Source: an uncultured Chloroflexia bacterium
Lineage (GTDB): Bacteria > Chloroflexota > Limnocylindria > Limnocylindrales > CSP1-4
Reading direction: 5' to 3'
DNA length: 64,000 nt
NCBI GenBank assembly: GCA_963813535.1
Contig: CAWEZH010000003.1
Span: 928,001-992,000, forward strand
Both the position numbers and the translations under genes were made by a program. The notes under the pieces were generated by a model. That model was not told the origin of the DNA and did no database searches. It worked only from the letters and a program-made list of their open reading frames with translations. Positions 10,388 through 23,564 of this stretch are shown here, one piece after another (the first letter of the stretch is position 1; every line of letters starts with the position of its first letter).

Positions 10388-10861
10388 ATGCCCATCGAGA
10401 TCCGCAGGTTCGGCGTCGGGTACCGTCGGCCCGACGGGCCGCCGGGCACGAGTGGGGTGACCGGTCAGCCGATCCACTCCGACGCTCGCGGGGCGATCAG
10501 CGAGATGGCGTTCGCGCGCGGGGCGGCGATCGAGCCGCATGCCAACCCCAACAGCTCCTGGTTCATCGTGATCGAAGGCGGCGGCTGGGTCGGGGTCGGC
10601 GAAGAGCGGACACGAGTCGCGGCGGGGGAGGCCGTCCTGTGGCCGGCCGACGTCCCGCACGCCGCGTGGACCGAGCACTCTGAGATGCGGGCGTTCGTCG
10701 TCGAGTTCGCGGGAGCGGACGACAGCGCTCTCGCGAATGTGATCGAGGGCCGGGCGATCGATGCCGGCGCCCTGGGCGTCCCGGTCGAGCGGGGTGTGGG
10801 GCACCTCGTGTCCGAGGGCACCCGGATACGCCACGACCCGGAGGCCGGCGAACCGGCCTGA
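10388..10861 (+). CDS. Cupin-domain protein
   Basis: IEPHANP..FIVIEGGGWV..AGEAVLWPADVPHAA cupin signature. Confidence 0.85.
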   Translation: MPIEIRRFGVGYRRPDGPPGTSGVTGQPIHSDARGAISEMAFARGAAIEPHANPNSSWFIVIEGGGWVGVGEERTRVAAGEAVLWPADVPHAAWTEHSEMRAFVVEFAGADDSALANVIEGRAIDAGALGVPVERGVGHLVSEGTRIRHDPEAGEPA

Positions 10862-10868
10862 CCGGGCC

Positions 10869-11101
10869 GTGACGGCGGGTCGGGACCTCCTCCTGTCCCT
10901 GCCCGCAGATGGATTCGGATGCCGCTACTCGTCCATACGGGCGAGACGGTCGAGTAGATCCAGGAAGCCGTGGACCTCGTCGGTCGGTGGCTGGCCGGAG
11001 GCCTCGCGGAACGCAACCTCCCGTCCGGGTGCCATTGGGGTCGGCACCCGGGCACTTGGGCGATCCACCGATGTGGCTCGCAGGTCCCGACATGACGCCA
11101 C
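10869..11101. ncRNA. Putative structured non-coding RNA (6S-like overall shape, family unassigned)
   Basis: Lies in a 295-nt gap between convergent genes. Perfect 10-bp closing stem GTCGGGACCT(10879-88)/AGGTCCCGAC(11082-91), inner stem TGGAT/ATCCA, hairpins CTACTCG(10925-31)/CGAGTAG(10951-57) and CCGGGTGCC(11025-33)/GGCACCCGG(11043-51). Confidence 0.5.
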
Positions 11102-11156
11102 CAGTGCGCCTTCGGGCCGTCGCCTCGACGGAAGAAGGGGGCGTTCGGTTCCCGGG

Positions 11157-11825
11157 TCAGGCCGGCGAGCGTTCCGGGGGTGTCTCGGTGCCGGCGATGA
11201 CGGCGCCGAGCTGGCTCAGGACGCGCGCCGTCGCGCCCCACACCGACAACCCATCGACTTCGTAGTGGCTGTAGCGGATCGGCCATTCGCGGATCGTCCG
11301 CTCGACGACGCCTATGGGAGCGTCCGGCAGGAACGTCGCGATCGGGGGCTCGATGATGCGGACGACCTCGGCCGCGGCCGCGACGAGCTCAGGACGTCGC
11401 GAGGCGAGCGCGACGACGGGCGTCACGGCAAAGTCGCTGACGGGGATCCAGAGGCGGTCGAGCAACCCGACGACGCGAACCTCCGCCGCGACGGCATCGA
11501 GCCCGATCTCCTCCTCCGCTTCGCGGAGGGCGGTGGCGACGGCGTCGACGTCCTCGGCCTCGGCCTTGCCGCCGGGAAAGCTCACCTCGCCCGAGTGGTG
11601 TCGGCCATCGACGGTCGGCCGCTCGATCAGCACCACGCGTGCCTCGCCCGCATCGTCGGGGTAGAGCAGCACCAGGACCGCGGCCGGGCGCCCGCCCGGG
11701 ATCGCCGCCCCTGCGGGCGCCGGCCAGCCGACACCATCGAGCCGGACCGGCAGCAGGGCCTCGAGCGGCGGAGGGAGCGGGTCGGGCAGCGGTTCCAGGC
11801 GGGCGGCGACAGCCTCGAACCGCAT
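11157..11825 (-). CDS. CoA pyrophosphatase, Nudix hydrolase (NudL-like)
   Basis: AAVLVLL, HSGEVSFPGG, Nudix box ALREAEEEIG, and WGATA. ATG 11825 lies just after the clpB stop. Confidence 0.92.
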   Translation of the reverse strand: MRFEAVAARLEPLPDPLPPPLEALLPVRLDGVGWPAPAGAAIPGGRPAAVLVLLYPDDAGEARVVLIERPTVDGRHHSGEVSFPGGKAEAEDVDAVATALREAEEEIGLDAVAAEVRVVGLLDRLWIPVSDFAVTPVVALASRRPELVAAAAEVVRIIEPPIATFLPDAPIGVVERTIREWPIRYSHYEVDGLSVWGATARVLSQLGAVIAGTETPPERSPA

Positions 11826-11844
11826 CCCCGGCCGCGCCCCCGCG

Positions 11845-14598
<2,754 letters not shown>

Positions 14599-14602
14599 CG
14601 TC

Positions 14603-15682
14603 CTAGCTCTCTCGTGCTCGGGGATCGGGTTGGTCGGCGAGGGTCAGGAATCGCTCGGCGGCGGCCCGCGCGTCCTCTGACAGGTCTGTCGGGAGGATCA
14701 CCTTCGCCTTGACATAGAGGTCGCCGTGGCCGTCGGCCTTGAAGCGCGGCATGCCCTGGCCGGTGAGCCGGAATGTCCGACCGGGTTGCGTGCCGGCCGG
14801 GACCGTGAGGAGCACGCGGCCCTTGAGCGTGCGGACGTGGACATCGGCACCCAGCAACGCCTCCTTGAGCGTGAGCGGCAGCTCGCGCTCGAGGTCGGCG
14901 CCACGCCGGGTGAACGTCCGATGCTTCGTCTGGCGGATGGCGACGTACAGGTCCCCGCCACCGGGTGCCTTGCCGGTCAGCCGGATGCGCGTGCCCGTAT
15001 CGGCGCCCTTCGGGATCGTGACCTCGAGTCGCTTGCCGTCGACCTCGACCAGCCGGCTCGTGCCGTGGTACGCCTCGTCGAGGGTGATCTCGGCGACCGC
15101 CTCGGCCGACGGCCGCGGTGGGGTCGCCGTGCGGCTGCCGGCCGTGCGCCCGCCAGGCACACGTGTCGTTCCGTCGGCGTCGAGTCCCATGCCGGCGAGG
15201 ATGTCCTCGAAGGTCGGGCCGCCGGTCGGGCGAGTCCCGCGCCCGGGGCCGGTGTCGCGATTCGGCTGGGACGCGCCGGCGAAGAACGCCTGGAAGAAAT
15301 CGCTGAACTCGCCGGCGTCGCCTGTCGAATGGAATTCGTAGCGGACGCCACCACCGGGACCACCGAAACCCGAGAACCCGGCGTACGGGTTGCCCGTCGG
15401 GGCGCCGGGGCGTGCGCCGCCCGCCGCGGACCCGGCGGTCGCCCCCGCTCGGGCGTACGCCTCCCAGTCCTTGCCCAGGCGGTCATAGAGGGCGCGCTTG
15501 TCCGGATCCGACAACACGGCGTTCGCCTCGTTGACGGCCTTGAACTTCCGCTCGGCCTCGGCATCGCCCGTGTTCGTGTCGGGGTGATGCTTCCGGGCGG
15601 CCTTGCGGAACGCCTTCTTGATGTCCGATTGGGACGCGGCCCTCGGTACCCCGAGGACCGCGTAGTAGTCCTGGTATTCCAT
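14603..15682 (-). CDS. DnaJ-class co-chaperone without zinc finger (CbpA/DnaJ class B)
   Basis: [15 protein letters not shown] motif, G/F region with FSDFF, C-terminal GDLY motifs, no CxxCxGxG. Confidence 0.93.
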   Translation of the reverse strand: MEYQDYYAVLGVPRAASQSDIKKAFRKAARKHHPDTNTGDAEAERKFKAVNEANAVLSDPDKRALYDRLGKDWEAYARAGATAGSAAGGARPGAPTGNPYAGFSGFGGPGGGVRYEFHSTGDAGEFSDFFQAFFAGASQPNRDTGPGRGTRPTGGPTFEDILAGMGLDADGTTRVPGGRTAGSRTATPPRPSAEAVAEITLDEAYHGTSRLVEVDGKRLEVTIPKGADTGTRIRLTGKAPGGGDLYVAIRQTKHRTFTRRGADLERELPLTLKEALLGADVHVRTLKGRVLLTVPAGTQPGRTFRLTGQGMPRFKADGHGDLYVKAKVILPTDLSEDARAAAERFLTLADQPDPRARES

Positions 15683-15823
15683 GGCCGGACTACTGCCTTG
15701 GCGCCGCTCCGGCGAGTCCGAGGCAAGGCGCCGGGGAGCACGCGAGCGAGCGCACCTCAAGGTGCGTGAACGAGCGCGCGCAGCCGGCAACGCGGCATCG
15801 GGCCGCCGTAGCGGTGCCCATGG

Positions 15824-18319
15824 TCAGTGCCTCTCGACTACGACCGGGGGCTGGTCGGTCGGCGGGAAGTTGGTCCTTCGGACCGTGGTCTCGGGCTCCG
15901 GCTCGATCGGATCGCCACTCTTGACGACCTTCGGCGGCTCGGCGTCGAGGGCCTTCGGCTTGCGCCGAAGGGCTGCCTCGAGCACCTGCTCCATCGTGTC
16001 GACGAGGATGAGCTTCATCGACTTGCGGATCTCGTCGGGGATATCGCGCAGGTCCTTCTCGTTCTTCCTCGGGATGATCACGGTCTTCGCGCCCGAGAGG
16101 TGGGCCGCGAGGATCTTGCTCTTGAGCCCGCCGATCGGGAGGACCCGACCGCGCAGGGTGATCTCGCCCGTCATCGCCACGTCCTTGCGGACCGGGATGC
16201 CGGTCAGCGCGCTCACGATGGCGGTCGCCATCGTGATCCCGGCCGACGGCCCGTCCTTCGGGATGGCTCCCGCCGGGACGTGGATGTGGAGCGTGTTCTT
16301 CTCGAAGACCGCGCGCTCGATGCCGAGCTCAGAGGCGTGTGCCCGCGTCCACGACAGGCCTGCCCGCGCGCTCTCACGCATGACCTCGCCCAGCTGGCCG
16401 GTGAGGATGAAGTCCTCCTTGCCCTCCATGCGGGTCACCTCGATGGCGACGACATCGCCACCGACCTCGGTCACCACGAGGCCCGTGGCCGAACCGATCT
16501 GGTCCTCGGCCTCGAGCTCGCCGTACTCGAAGCGCTGCGGTCCGAGGAACTCGGCCAGCTTCTTCGCGTCGACGACGGTCTTGCGCTTGCGGCCCTCGGC
16601 GACCTGCCGGGCGACCTTGCGCATGACGTTGGCGATCTCACGCTCGAGGTTCCGGACGCCGGCCTCGTGCGTATAGGAGCGCACCAGCTCGGTCATCGCC
16701 TCGTCGGTGATCTGGATCGTCTTCGGGGTCAGACCGTGGTTCGTCATCTGCTTGGGGATGAGGAACCGCTTGCCGATCTCGATCTTCTCCTGCTCGGTAT
16801 AGCCGGGCAGGTGGACGATCTCCATGCGATCGCGCAACGGCGGCGGGATCGGATCGAGCAGGTTGGCCGTCGCGATGAAGAGCGTCTTGCTCAGGTCGAA
16901 CGGCACCTCCAGGTAGTTGTCCTGGAAGGTGTTGTTCTGCTCGGGATCGAGGACCTCGAGCAGCGCGGACGACGGGTCGCCCCGGAAGTCCATGCCGATC
17001 TTGTCGACCTCGTCGAGCATGAACACCGGGTTGTTCGACCCGGCGGTCTTGATGCTCTGGATGATGCGACCGGGCAGCGCGCCGATGTACGTGCGCCGGT
17101 GACCGCGGATCTCCGCCTCGTCGTGGATGCCGCCGAGGCTCATGCGGACGAACTTGCGGCCCATGGCCTTGGCGATGCTCTTGCCGAGGCTGGTCTTGCC
17201 GACGCCGGGCGGTCCGACGAAGGCCAGGATCGGGCTGCGGATCTCGTCCGCCAGGGTGCGCACCGCGAGGTACTCGAGGATGCGTTCCTTGATCTTCTCC
17301 AGGCCGTAGTGGTCCTCTTCGAGGATCCGGGCGGCCTCCTTGATGTCGAGCTGGTCGTCGGTCGACACGTTCCACGGCAGGCCGATCAGCCAGTCGACGT
17401 ACGTGCGGATGACTCCGACCTCGGGCGACGCCGAGGGGATGCGGCTCATGCGGTCGATCTCCTTGATCGCCCGCGCCTTGATCTCCTCCGGCATGCCGGC
17501 GGCATCGACCTTCTCGCGCAGCTCGTTGATCTCGGCCTGCTGCGGGTCGTCCTCGCCCAGCTCGCGCTGGATCGCCTTGAGCTGCTCGCGGAGGATGTAC
17601 TCCCGCTGGGTCTTGTCCATCTCCGACTTGACTTCGGACTGGATCCGACCCTTGAGCTCGAGGATCTCGACCTGGTTGGCGAGGAAGTTCGAGACGAGCT
17701 TGAGGCGCTCGGTGACGTCGATCGTCTCCAGCAGCTCCTGGCGCTGCTCGGTCGACATGTCCGGGCTGTACGCGACCATGTCGGCCAGCAGGCCCGGCTC
17801 GGTGATGTTGCGTGCGGCGACGGCGGCCTCCGGCGGCACCGGAGCCCCGTTGGCCACGTACTGCTCGATCTGCGCCTGGACCGTGCGCATCAGCGCCTGG
17901 ACCTCGAGGCCGTCGGGGGACTCGTCAGGGAGCTCCTCGATGGATGCCCGGAGGTACGGCTCGGTCTGTGTGAAGCCGCGCAGGCGCAGCCGCGATTGGC
18001 CCTGGACGATCGCCCGGACGGTGCCGTCCTGCAGCTGGACGACCTGGGCGATCTTGGCCAGCGTGCCGATGGCGTACAGCTCGGAGGGGTCGTTGATGTC
18101 CTCCTGCTCGGCCTGGCGCTGGGTGACGAGGGCGATGGGTCCGCCTTCGGTGACCGCGGCGTTGAGCGCGTTGACGCTCTTCTCGCGGCCGACCTGCAGC
18201 GGGACGATCATCTCGGGGAAGATGACCGTCTCCCGGAGTGCGACGAGGGGCAGGTCTCGTGGACCGTTGTCGGTCCCTTCCTGGATCTCCTCGACCGGGT
18301 CTGACGGTCGCTTGGCCAT
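15824..18319 (-). CDS. lon: Endopeptidase La (Lon protease)
   Basis: Lon N-domain, [22 protein letters not shown] (catalytic Ser), GGLKSK. ATG 18319 follows AGGAG. Confidence 0.97.
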   Translation of the reverse strand: MAKRPSDPVEEIQEGTDNGPRDLPLVALRETVIFPEMIVPLQVGREKSVNALNAAVTEGGPIALVTQRQAEQEDINDPSELYAIGTLAKIAQVVQLQDGTVRAIVQGQSRLRLRGFTQTEPYLRASIEELPDESPDGLEVQALMRTVQAQIEQYVANGAPVPPEAAVAARNITEPGLLADMVAYSPDMSTEQRQELLETIDVTERLKLVSNFLANQVEILELKGRIQSEVKSEMDKTQREYILREQLKAIQRELGEDDPQQAEINELREKVDAAGMPEEIKARAIKEIDRMSRIPSASPEVGVIRTYVDWLIGLPWNVSTDDQLDIKEAARILEEDHYGLEKIKERILEYLAVRTLADEIRSPILAFVGPPGVGKTSLGKSIAKAMGRKFVRMSLGGIHDEAEIRGHRRTYIGALPGRIIQSIKTAGSNNPVFMLDEVDKIGMDFRGDPSSALLEVLDPEQNNTFQDNYLEVPFDLSKTLFIATANLLDPIPPPLRDRMEIVHLPGYTEQEKIEIGKRFLIPKQMTNHGLTPKTIQITDEAMTELVRSYTHEAGVRNLEREIANVMRKVARQVAEGRKRKTVVDAKKLAEFLGPQRFEYGELEAEDQIGSATGLVVTEVGGDVVAIEVTRMEGKEDFILTGQLGEVMRESARAGLSWTRAHASELGIERAVFEKNTLHIHVPAGAIPKDGPSAGITMATAIVSALTGIPVRKDVAMTGEITLRGRVLPIGGLKSKILAAHLSGAKTVIIPRKNEKDLRDIPDEIRKSMKLILVDTMEQVLEAALRRKPKALDAEPPKVVKSGDPIEPEPETTVRRTNFPPTDQPPVVVERH

Positions 18320-18396
18320 CGTTGGGTTCTCCTGATGCTCGGGTTCGATGTCGCTGCGGCGGCGCCGCTTCGACTGTTGGATCGGTGGTCGGTCGG

Positions 18397-18792
18397 TCAA
18401 CGGTCGGCCGTCGATCGATCGCGTTCGGGTTCGGGGTCCGGTTCGGGGTCCGGCGTCGGGCGACTATGGATCCGAGCCGGCGAGGCATCGCCCATGCCCT
18501 CGGCGTACAAGGCTTCGAGGATGCGGGCGCCGAGGCGCTCCTCGAGTTCGAACAGGATGCGGATGCCCGCGAGGTTGACCCCTCGTTCGCGGGTCAGGTG
18601 CCGGATCCACAGGATCCGGCGGATGTCGTTCTCGCTGTACAGGCGGATGTTCGTCGGCGTCCGCGCCGGGCAGAGCAGGCCCTCGTCCTCGTAGATCCGC
18701 AGGGTCCGCGGATGCACGCTGACGATGCTTGCCGCCACGCTGATCACGTAGACGGGTCGCTCGGGATCGCGTTCCGGTCGGGGCGATGCCAT
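18397..18792 (-). CDS. hspR: MerR-family heat-shock repressor HspR
   Basis: PVYVISVAA..VHPRTLRIYE..RLYSENDI..GVNLAGI; first gene of the lon-dnaJ-clpB operon. Confidence 0.9.
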   Translation of the reverse strand: MASPRPERDPERPVYVISVAASIVSVHPRTLRIYEDEGLLCPARTPTNIRLYSENDIRRILWIRHLTRERGVNLAGIRILFELEERLGARILEALYAEGMGDASPARIHSRPTPDPEPDPEPERDRSTADR

Positions 18793-18856
18793 GGCGTCAG
18801 CCCGGCGTCTGGAGGTGGTTGCCGGCCTGACGACCGACTGTCGTGAACATGCTCGG

Positions 18857-18887
18857 ATGCTAGAACCCTGACAATAATGTTGTCAAG
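18857..18887 (-). promoter_or_regulatory. Sigma70-type promoter of the hspR operon with overlapping HAIR-like inverted repeat
   Basis: Minus strand TTGACA(18886-81)-N18-TAGCAT(18862-57). Inverted repeat CTTGACA-N7-TGTCAGG at 18867-18887. Confidence 0.75.
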
Positions 18888-18960
18888 ACTCCTACGCGAT
18901 TCGGCTAATGAAGTTTTGGCAATCCCCGGCACGCGACCCACGACTGCCGTCGGTGGACGC

Positions 18961-19641
18961 TCAGCGGGCGGCTGTCGCCTCCGGGTCGCCGATGAGCTGG
19001 CCGTGGAGCAGCTCCTCGCACTCCTGCTTGCCGATGGCGATGACTTTGTCGCCTTCGCGGAGCAGCGTGTCGGGCCGCAGCGGCGACGCCACGCCGTCGC
19101 GGATGACCGCGAACAGCGAACAGCCCTCGGGGATCTCGAGGTCGCGGGGCGCCCGCCCGATGGCGGGTGAGCCGGTCTGGAGGTGGGCTTCGATCAGCTC
19201 GAGCTCGCCTTCGCCGAGCGTCGCGAGATGCAGCAGCTCGTGGACCGGGATGTCCTGCTCGATCGAGCCGAGGATCATGCGCGTCGGGCTGATGAGCTCG
19301 TCCACGCCCAGATGCCGGAATAGTGACTCGTTCTTCGGGTTGTTGACGCGGGCGATGGTCCGCGGCACGTCGAAGTGGTGCTTGGCCATCTGGCAGATGA
19401 CGAGGTTGTCCTCGTCGTCACCGGTCACCGCGGCCACGACGTCCGCCCGGTTCGATCCCGCTTCGCCCAGGTATTTGCCCTCGCAGCCGTCGTGCGGGAT
19501 CACGATCGATCCGATCTCGTCGGCGATCTGCCGCGCCCGGTCTGCATCCTTCTCCATCAGAGCCACTTCGTGGCCCGAGTCCAGCAGCTCCTTGGCCAGG
19601 TAGTACCCGACCTTGCCACCACCAACGACCAGGACGAACAC
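18961..19641 (-). CDS. TrkA/KtrA-family RCK protein (TrkA-N plus TrkA-C)
   Basis: VVGGGKVG, AVTGDDEDN, ARVNNPKN, and TrkA-C GSPAIG..IRDG..LREGDKV. Confidence 0.93.
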   Translation of the reverse strand: MFVLVVGGGKVGYYLAKELLDSGHEVALMEKDADRARQIADEIGSIVIPHDGCEGKYLGEAGSNRADVVAAVTGDDEDNLVICQMAKHHFDVPRTIARVNNPKNESLFRHLGVDELISPTRMILGSIEQDIPVHELLHLATLGEGELELIEAHLQTGSPAIGRAPRDLEIPEGCSLFAVIRDGVASPLRPDTLLREGDKVIAIGKQECEELLHGQLIGDPEATAAR

Positions 19642-19644
19642 GAT

Positions 19645-20187
19645 CTAGGCCTCCATCGACGCGCTCGGCGCGGCCGGCACGGTGCCGGTCGCCGAAGGCG
19701 TCTCGCTGTCGTCGGATTTGGGCAGCGGATGATGATCGCCGCCCGGATGATGACCGCTCGGTTCGAGCATGCCGGCCAGGCCGGATGGCGGGAACCCGAG
19801 GTACCCGTTCACCGCGTCGACCATCAGGCCCGTCCGACACAGGGTGGCGATGCCGAGCTCGGCGTACGCGGCCGCGCGCACCGGGTCGTTGATCTTCGCG
19901 ATGACGCGCGCCACCTCGAATGCCTCGACGGCGAGCTGTGCCGCCATGACGTTCCGGTTGTCGCCCTCGGTCAGGGCGAGGAAGACATCGGCACCCTCCA
20001 TGCCGGCGCGGCGCAGGACGTCCTCGTCCGTGCCGTCGCCGCGGACGGCGGTCCCGCCGAAGGTCGATGGCAGGCGCTCGAACGCGCGCGTCGAGATGTC
20101 CAGCACGATGACCTCGTGTCCGGCCGCGTCCCACAGCTCGGCGGCGGATGCACCGACTCGCCCGCAGCCCACGATGACGATCTTCAT
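19645..20187 (-). CDS. TrkA-family RCK protein (TrkA-N only)
   Basis: MKIVIVGCGRVG, GDGTD, ALTEGDNRN, AKINDP. Confidence 0.9.
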   Translation of the reverse strand: MKIVIVGCGRVGASAAELWDAAGHEVIVLDISTRAFERLPSTFGGTAVRGDGTDEDVLRRAGMEGADVFLALTEGDNRNVMAAQLAVEAFEVARVIAKINDPVRAAAYAELGIATLCRTGLMVDAVNGYLGFPPSGLAGMLEPSGHHPGGDHHPLPKSDDSETPSATGTVPAAPSASMEA

Positions 20188-20642
20188 AGGGTTTCCTCGT
20201 TCATCGGCTCGCGCACCACCCATACGGTGCAGGGCGCGTTCTGGAGGATGTAGGGGATCGTCCGGCCGATGGCGAACTCCCCGCCGAAACGCTTTCGATA
20301 TGGCAGACCGGTGACCAGCAGGTCGGCACCTCGCTCGGTCGCCTCGTCGACGATCGCCGCGGCGACATCGCGAGCCTGCAACAGCACCGGTTCCAGCGAC
20401 ACCTTGGAGCCTTCGGCGATCTCCTCGGCCGCATCGAGCACGCGCTGGACGTCCTCGGATCGACCGGCGATGTCGGCATCGAGCGGGAGCGTCCAGTCGA
20501 TCTCGACGACGTGCACGGCGATCAACTCAGCCTTGGTCTTTGCGGCCAGGCTGGCCGCCAGCCGGACGATCCTGGCGTCGCTGGGTCCGCCATTGAGGGC
20601 GAGGACCGCCCGGCGGAAATGTGCGGTCTCGTTGTCCGGCAT
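20184..20642 (-). CDS. Universal stress protein
   Basis: AVHVVE, ADLLVTG, GRTIPYILQNAPCTVWVVR. Its stop overlaps the trkA ATG. Confidence 0.9.
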   Translation of the reverse strand: MPDNETAHFRRAVLALNGGPSDARIVRLAASLAAKTKAELIAVHVVEIDWTLPLDADIAGRSEDVQRVLDAAEEIAEGSKVSLEPVLLQARDVAAAIVDEATERGADLLVTGLPYRKRFGGEFAIGRTIPYILQNAPCTVWVVREPMNEETL

Positions 20643-20739
20643 GGACGGCCACGATACCACCGTGTGGCCCCGGGGCTGGTGCCCGCGGGCACTGGGTCAA
20701 CGCCCCGCGCGAGCCTGCCCGGCCGTCATCGGCGACCCG

Positions 20740-22773
20740 TCACTCCCGCCGGTACGGCACGTCCGCGATGACCGTGTGCTCGCGCCCGAGGATGGCCTGC
20801 TTGAGCCGCTTCGCCGTCTGGTTGTAGAGCAGCCGCTCCCACCAGTGCCGCGCGACGTACTCGGGCAGCACGACGATCGTGATCGGTGCCTCCTTGTCGG
20901 GCGGCCACGCCTGGTCGAGCACGTCGAGGTAGGCAAGCACGGGCGAGATCACCGCGCGATAGGGCGACTCGACGATGACCAGGGGCACGCCGGGCACCTG
21001 GCGTTCCCAGCGCTCTCGGACGGCGTCGCCCTCCACGGGGTCGACGGTGACGTAGACCGCTCGGACATCGGGGCTGAGCGTCCGTCCGAAGTTGACCGCC
21101 TGGATCACCGCCCGGTTGATGCCGTTCACGGGGATGACGACGCGCTGCTCGCGATGGGGTCCTTCGACGACGAGGTCCTCGCGGACGCGCAGCTCACGCT
21201 CCTGGGCGTCGTACTCGCGGCGGATGAACAGCATCATGCTGACGAGGATCGGGATCAGCAGCACCACGAACCACGCCCCGTCGAGGAACTTCACGCCGGT
21301 GACGACGACGGCCACGACCGCCGTCGCGGCACAGCCGATCGCGTTGACGACGAGCCGGTAGCGCCAGCCGCGATCCCGCGTGCGCAGCCAGTGCCGGATC
21401 ATGCCCGCCTGGCTGATCGTGAAGTCGATGAACACGCCCACGGCATAGAGCGGGATGAGCGCATGGGTGCGGCCACCCGCGATGACGACGAGCGACGCGG
21501 CGATCAGGCCGAGCAGCAGGATCCCCATCGAGAACGCCAGCCGGTCGCCGCGGAGGGCGAACTGGCGCGGGAAGAAGCCGTCCTCGCCGAGGACCGCGGC
21601 AAGCCGAGGGAACGCGGCGAAGCTCGTGTTCGCGGCGAGGAAGAGCAGCAGCGCCGTGAAGATCTGGAACAGGTAGAACTGGAGCGTGGACGACCCGAAG
21701 ACCGTCTCCGCGACCTGGGCGATGACGGTCTTGTGCTCCACGTCCGTACCGAACAGCTCCGGCACCGTCGGATAGATGGCGAAGTTCGAGGCCAGGAACG
21801 TGATGCCGATGAAGAGAGTGGCCAGCACGGCCGCCATCACCAACAGGGTGGCCGCCGCGTTCTTCGCCTCGGGCGGCTTGAAGGCCGGCACGCCCGTCGC
21901 GATGGCCTCGGTCCCTGTCAGCGCCACGGCACCCGAGGCGAACGCCCGGAGCAACAGGAAGATCGAGATGGCGCCGGCCGTGTTCGCCGTCGCGGCGACG
22001 ACCTCGGGTGGCGGCGCGTGATGCTCGCCCAGCACGATGATCCGGTAGGCGCCCATGGCGATCATCGCGAAGGCGCTGAACATGAACAGGTAGGTCGGGA
22101 CGGCGAAGATGTTGCCGGCCTCGCGCACGCCGCGCAGGTTGGCCAGGGTGATCAGGCCCAATGCCCCCACGCCGATGAGGACGCGGACGTCGCCCAGGGC
22201 GGGGAAGGCCGAGACGATCTGCTCGACCGCCGACGACGTCGACACGGCTGCCGTCAGGTTGTAGTCGATGAGCAGGGCCGACGCCGCCACGAGTGACGCG
22301 TTCCGGCCGAAATTCGCCTTCGACACCGAGTACGACCCGCCGCCGGTCGGGTAGGCGATGCAGACCTGCCGATAGCTGAAGGCGACGACCGCGAGAAGGC
22401 CGGCGATGGCGATGGCGACCGGCAATGCGAATTGGAGCGCCGCCAGCGCTGCGCCACCGAGGATGAAGGCGAGGATGATCTCCTCGGTCGCGTACGCGGA
22501 CGAGCTGATGGCGTCGGAGCTGAAGATGGCCAGGGCCTTGGTCTTCGACAGGCGCTCGCCGATCTCCTCGTCCTGGTGGAGCGGCCGGCCGAGGACGACG
22601 GCGCGGACCTTCGCGACCAGACGGGCGCCGGGCGTGGTCGGGATGCTGGCCGCCTCTTTGGCGGTCAGCTGGCCCTTGCCGCTGTAGCGGAAATAGGGTG
22701 CGTGGGGGCGCTCCACGCGAACTCGCTTGTCGCCGGGCTTGCGGCCCTGCAGCGGCCGCCGACCGCCGATCAC
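20740..22773 (-). CDS. APC-family permease, KimA/YdaO-type K+ transporter
   Basis: FSSDAISSSAYATEE, YPTGGGSY, ALTGTEAI, LIPLYAVGVF, and cytoplasmic SPYR and HWWERLLYNQ. Confidence 0.9.
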   Translation of the reverse strand: MIGGRRPLQGRKPGDKRVRVERPHAPYFRYSGKGQLTAKEAASIPTTPGARLVAKVRAVVLGRPLHQDEEIGERLSKTKALAIFSSDAISSSAYATEEIILAFILGGAALAALQFALPVAIAIAGLLAVVAFSYRQVCIAYPTGGGSYSVSKANFGRNASLVAASALLIDYNLTAAVSTSSAVEQIVSAFPALGDVRVLIGVGALGLITLANLRGVREAGNIFAVPTYLFMFSAFAMIAMGAYRIIVLGEHHAPPPEVVAATANTAGAISIFLLLRAFASGAVALTGTEAIATGVPAFKPPEAKNAAATLLVMAAVLATLFIGITFLASNFAIYPTVPELFGTDVEHKTVIAQVAETVFGSSTLQFYLFQIFTALLLFLAANTSFAAFPRLAAVLGEDGFFPRQFALRGDRLAFSMGILLLGLIAASLVVIAGGRTHALIPLYAVGVFIDFTISQAGMIRHWLRTRDRGWRYRLVVNAIGCAATAVVAVVVTGVKFLDGAWFVVLLIPILVSMMLFIRREYDAQERELRVREDLVVEGPHREQRVVIPVNGINRAVIQAVNFGRTLSPDVRAVYVTVDPVEGDAVRERWERQVPGVPLVIVESPYRAVISPVLAYLDVLDQAWPPDKEAPITIVVLPEYVARHWWERLLYNQTAKRLKQAILGREHTVIADVPYRRE

Positions 22774-22798
22774 TCGCGAGTCTCCCCTGGCTGCCAGG

Positions 22799-23522
22799 TC
22801 ATACGCCGAAGCTCAGTCGTGCGGCCAACCGATCGGGCAGCCCGATGGAACGCATGGCGGCCTGGACGCGGTCGATGTCGTACGCGACGCGGTGCCAGGT
22901 CACCCGGCCGACGTCCCGATCGAGCACGAGGTAGGACGCCCGCGGATCACCGTCACGCGGCTGCCCCACGCTGCCCGGATTGATCAGCGACCGGTAGGCG
23001 CCGAGCTCGATCCCGGTGGTGTCGCGAGCCTGGACCAGCGCCACGCGATCCGGCGTGGCCATCCACGCCACCGGCACGTGGGTGTGGCCGTGCAGCGCGT
23101 GCTGCGTCTCCTGTCCCTCGATGTTCGCGCGTCGCGGTGTCGCGGTCCGTGACGTACTCGCGGAGCGGATCGCGCGGGCTGCCATGGACCAGCAGCACGT
23201 CGTCGACCACGCGCCGCTCGGGCAGCGCCTCCAGCCATCGCCTGGTCTCCACGGCCATGGATTCGCGGGTCCACTCCGCGGCCGCGCGAGCCTCCGGATT
23301 GAACCAATCGATCTCCGGGCCGCCGACGGCCGCGGCATCGTGATTGCCGCGCACACCCGTCGCGTCGCGCTCGCTCAAGCGCGCCACCACGGCGTCGGGC
23401 TCGGGGCCGTAGCCGACCACGTCGCCGAGATGCCAGACGGCATCGACGTCGCCGGCGTGGAGAAGGACCGCATCGAGCGCCACGATATTGCTATGGATGT
23501 CCGACAGCACAGCGACGCGCAT
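22799..23522 (-). CDS. Metallophosphoesterase (calcineurin-like); +1 frameshift at ~23135
   Basis: SDIHSN, LGDVVGYG, RGNHD and VHGSP in ORF 22953..23522; HGHTH, NPGSVGQPRDG and RVAYD in ORF 22799..23356. The span is 724 = 723+1. Confidence 0.88.
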
Positions 23523-23564
23523 CCGGGTGAGGGTAGCAGTCAGCGCGGGACGGTCGAGGCACGG

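Noticed and set aside
18420-18460. Short TTCGGGGTCCGG repeats
   Set aside because: They encode the PDPEPDPEP low-complexity tail of HspR.
22774-22800. c-di-AMP (ydaO) riboswitch upstream of the KimA-like gene
   Set aside because: The intergenic gap is only ~25 nt, and no consensus is visible there or in the rsmG leader.
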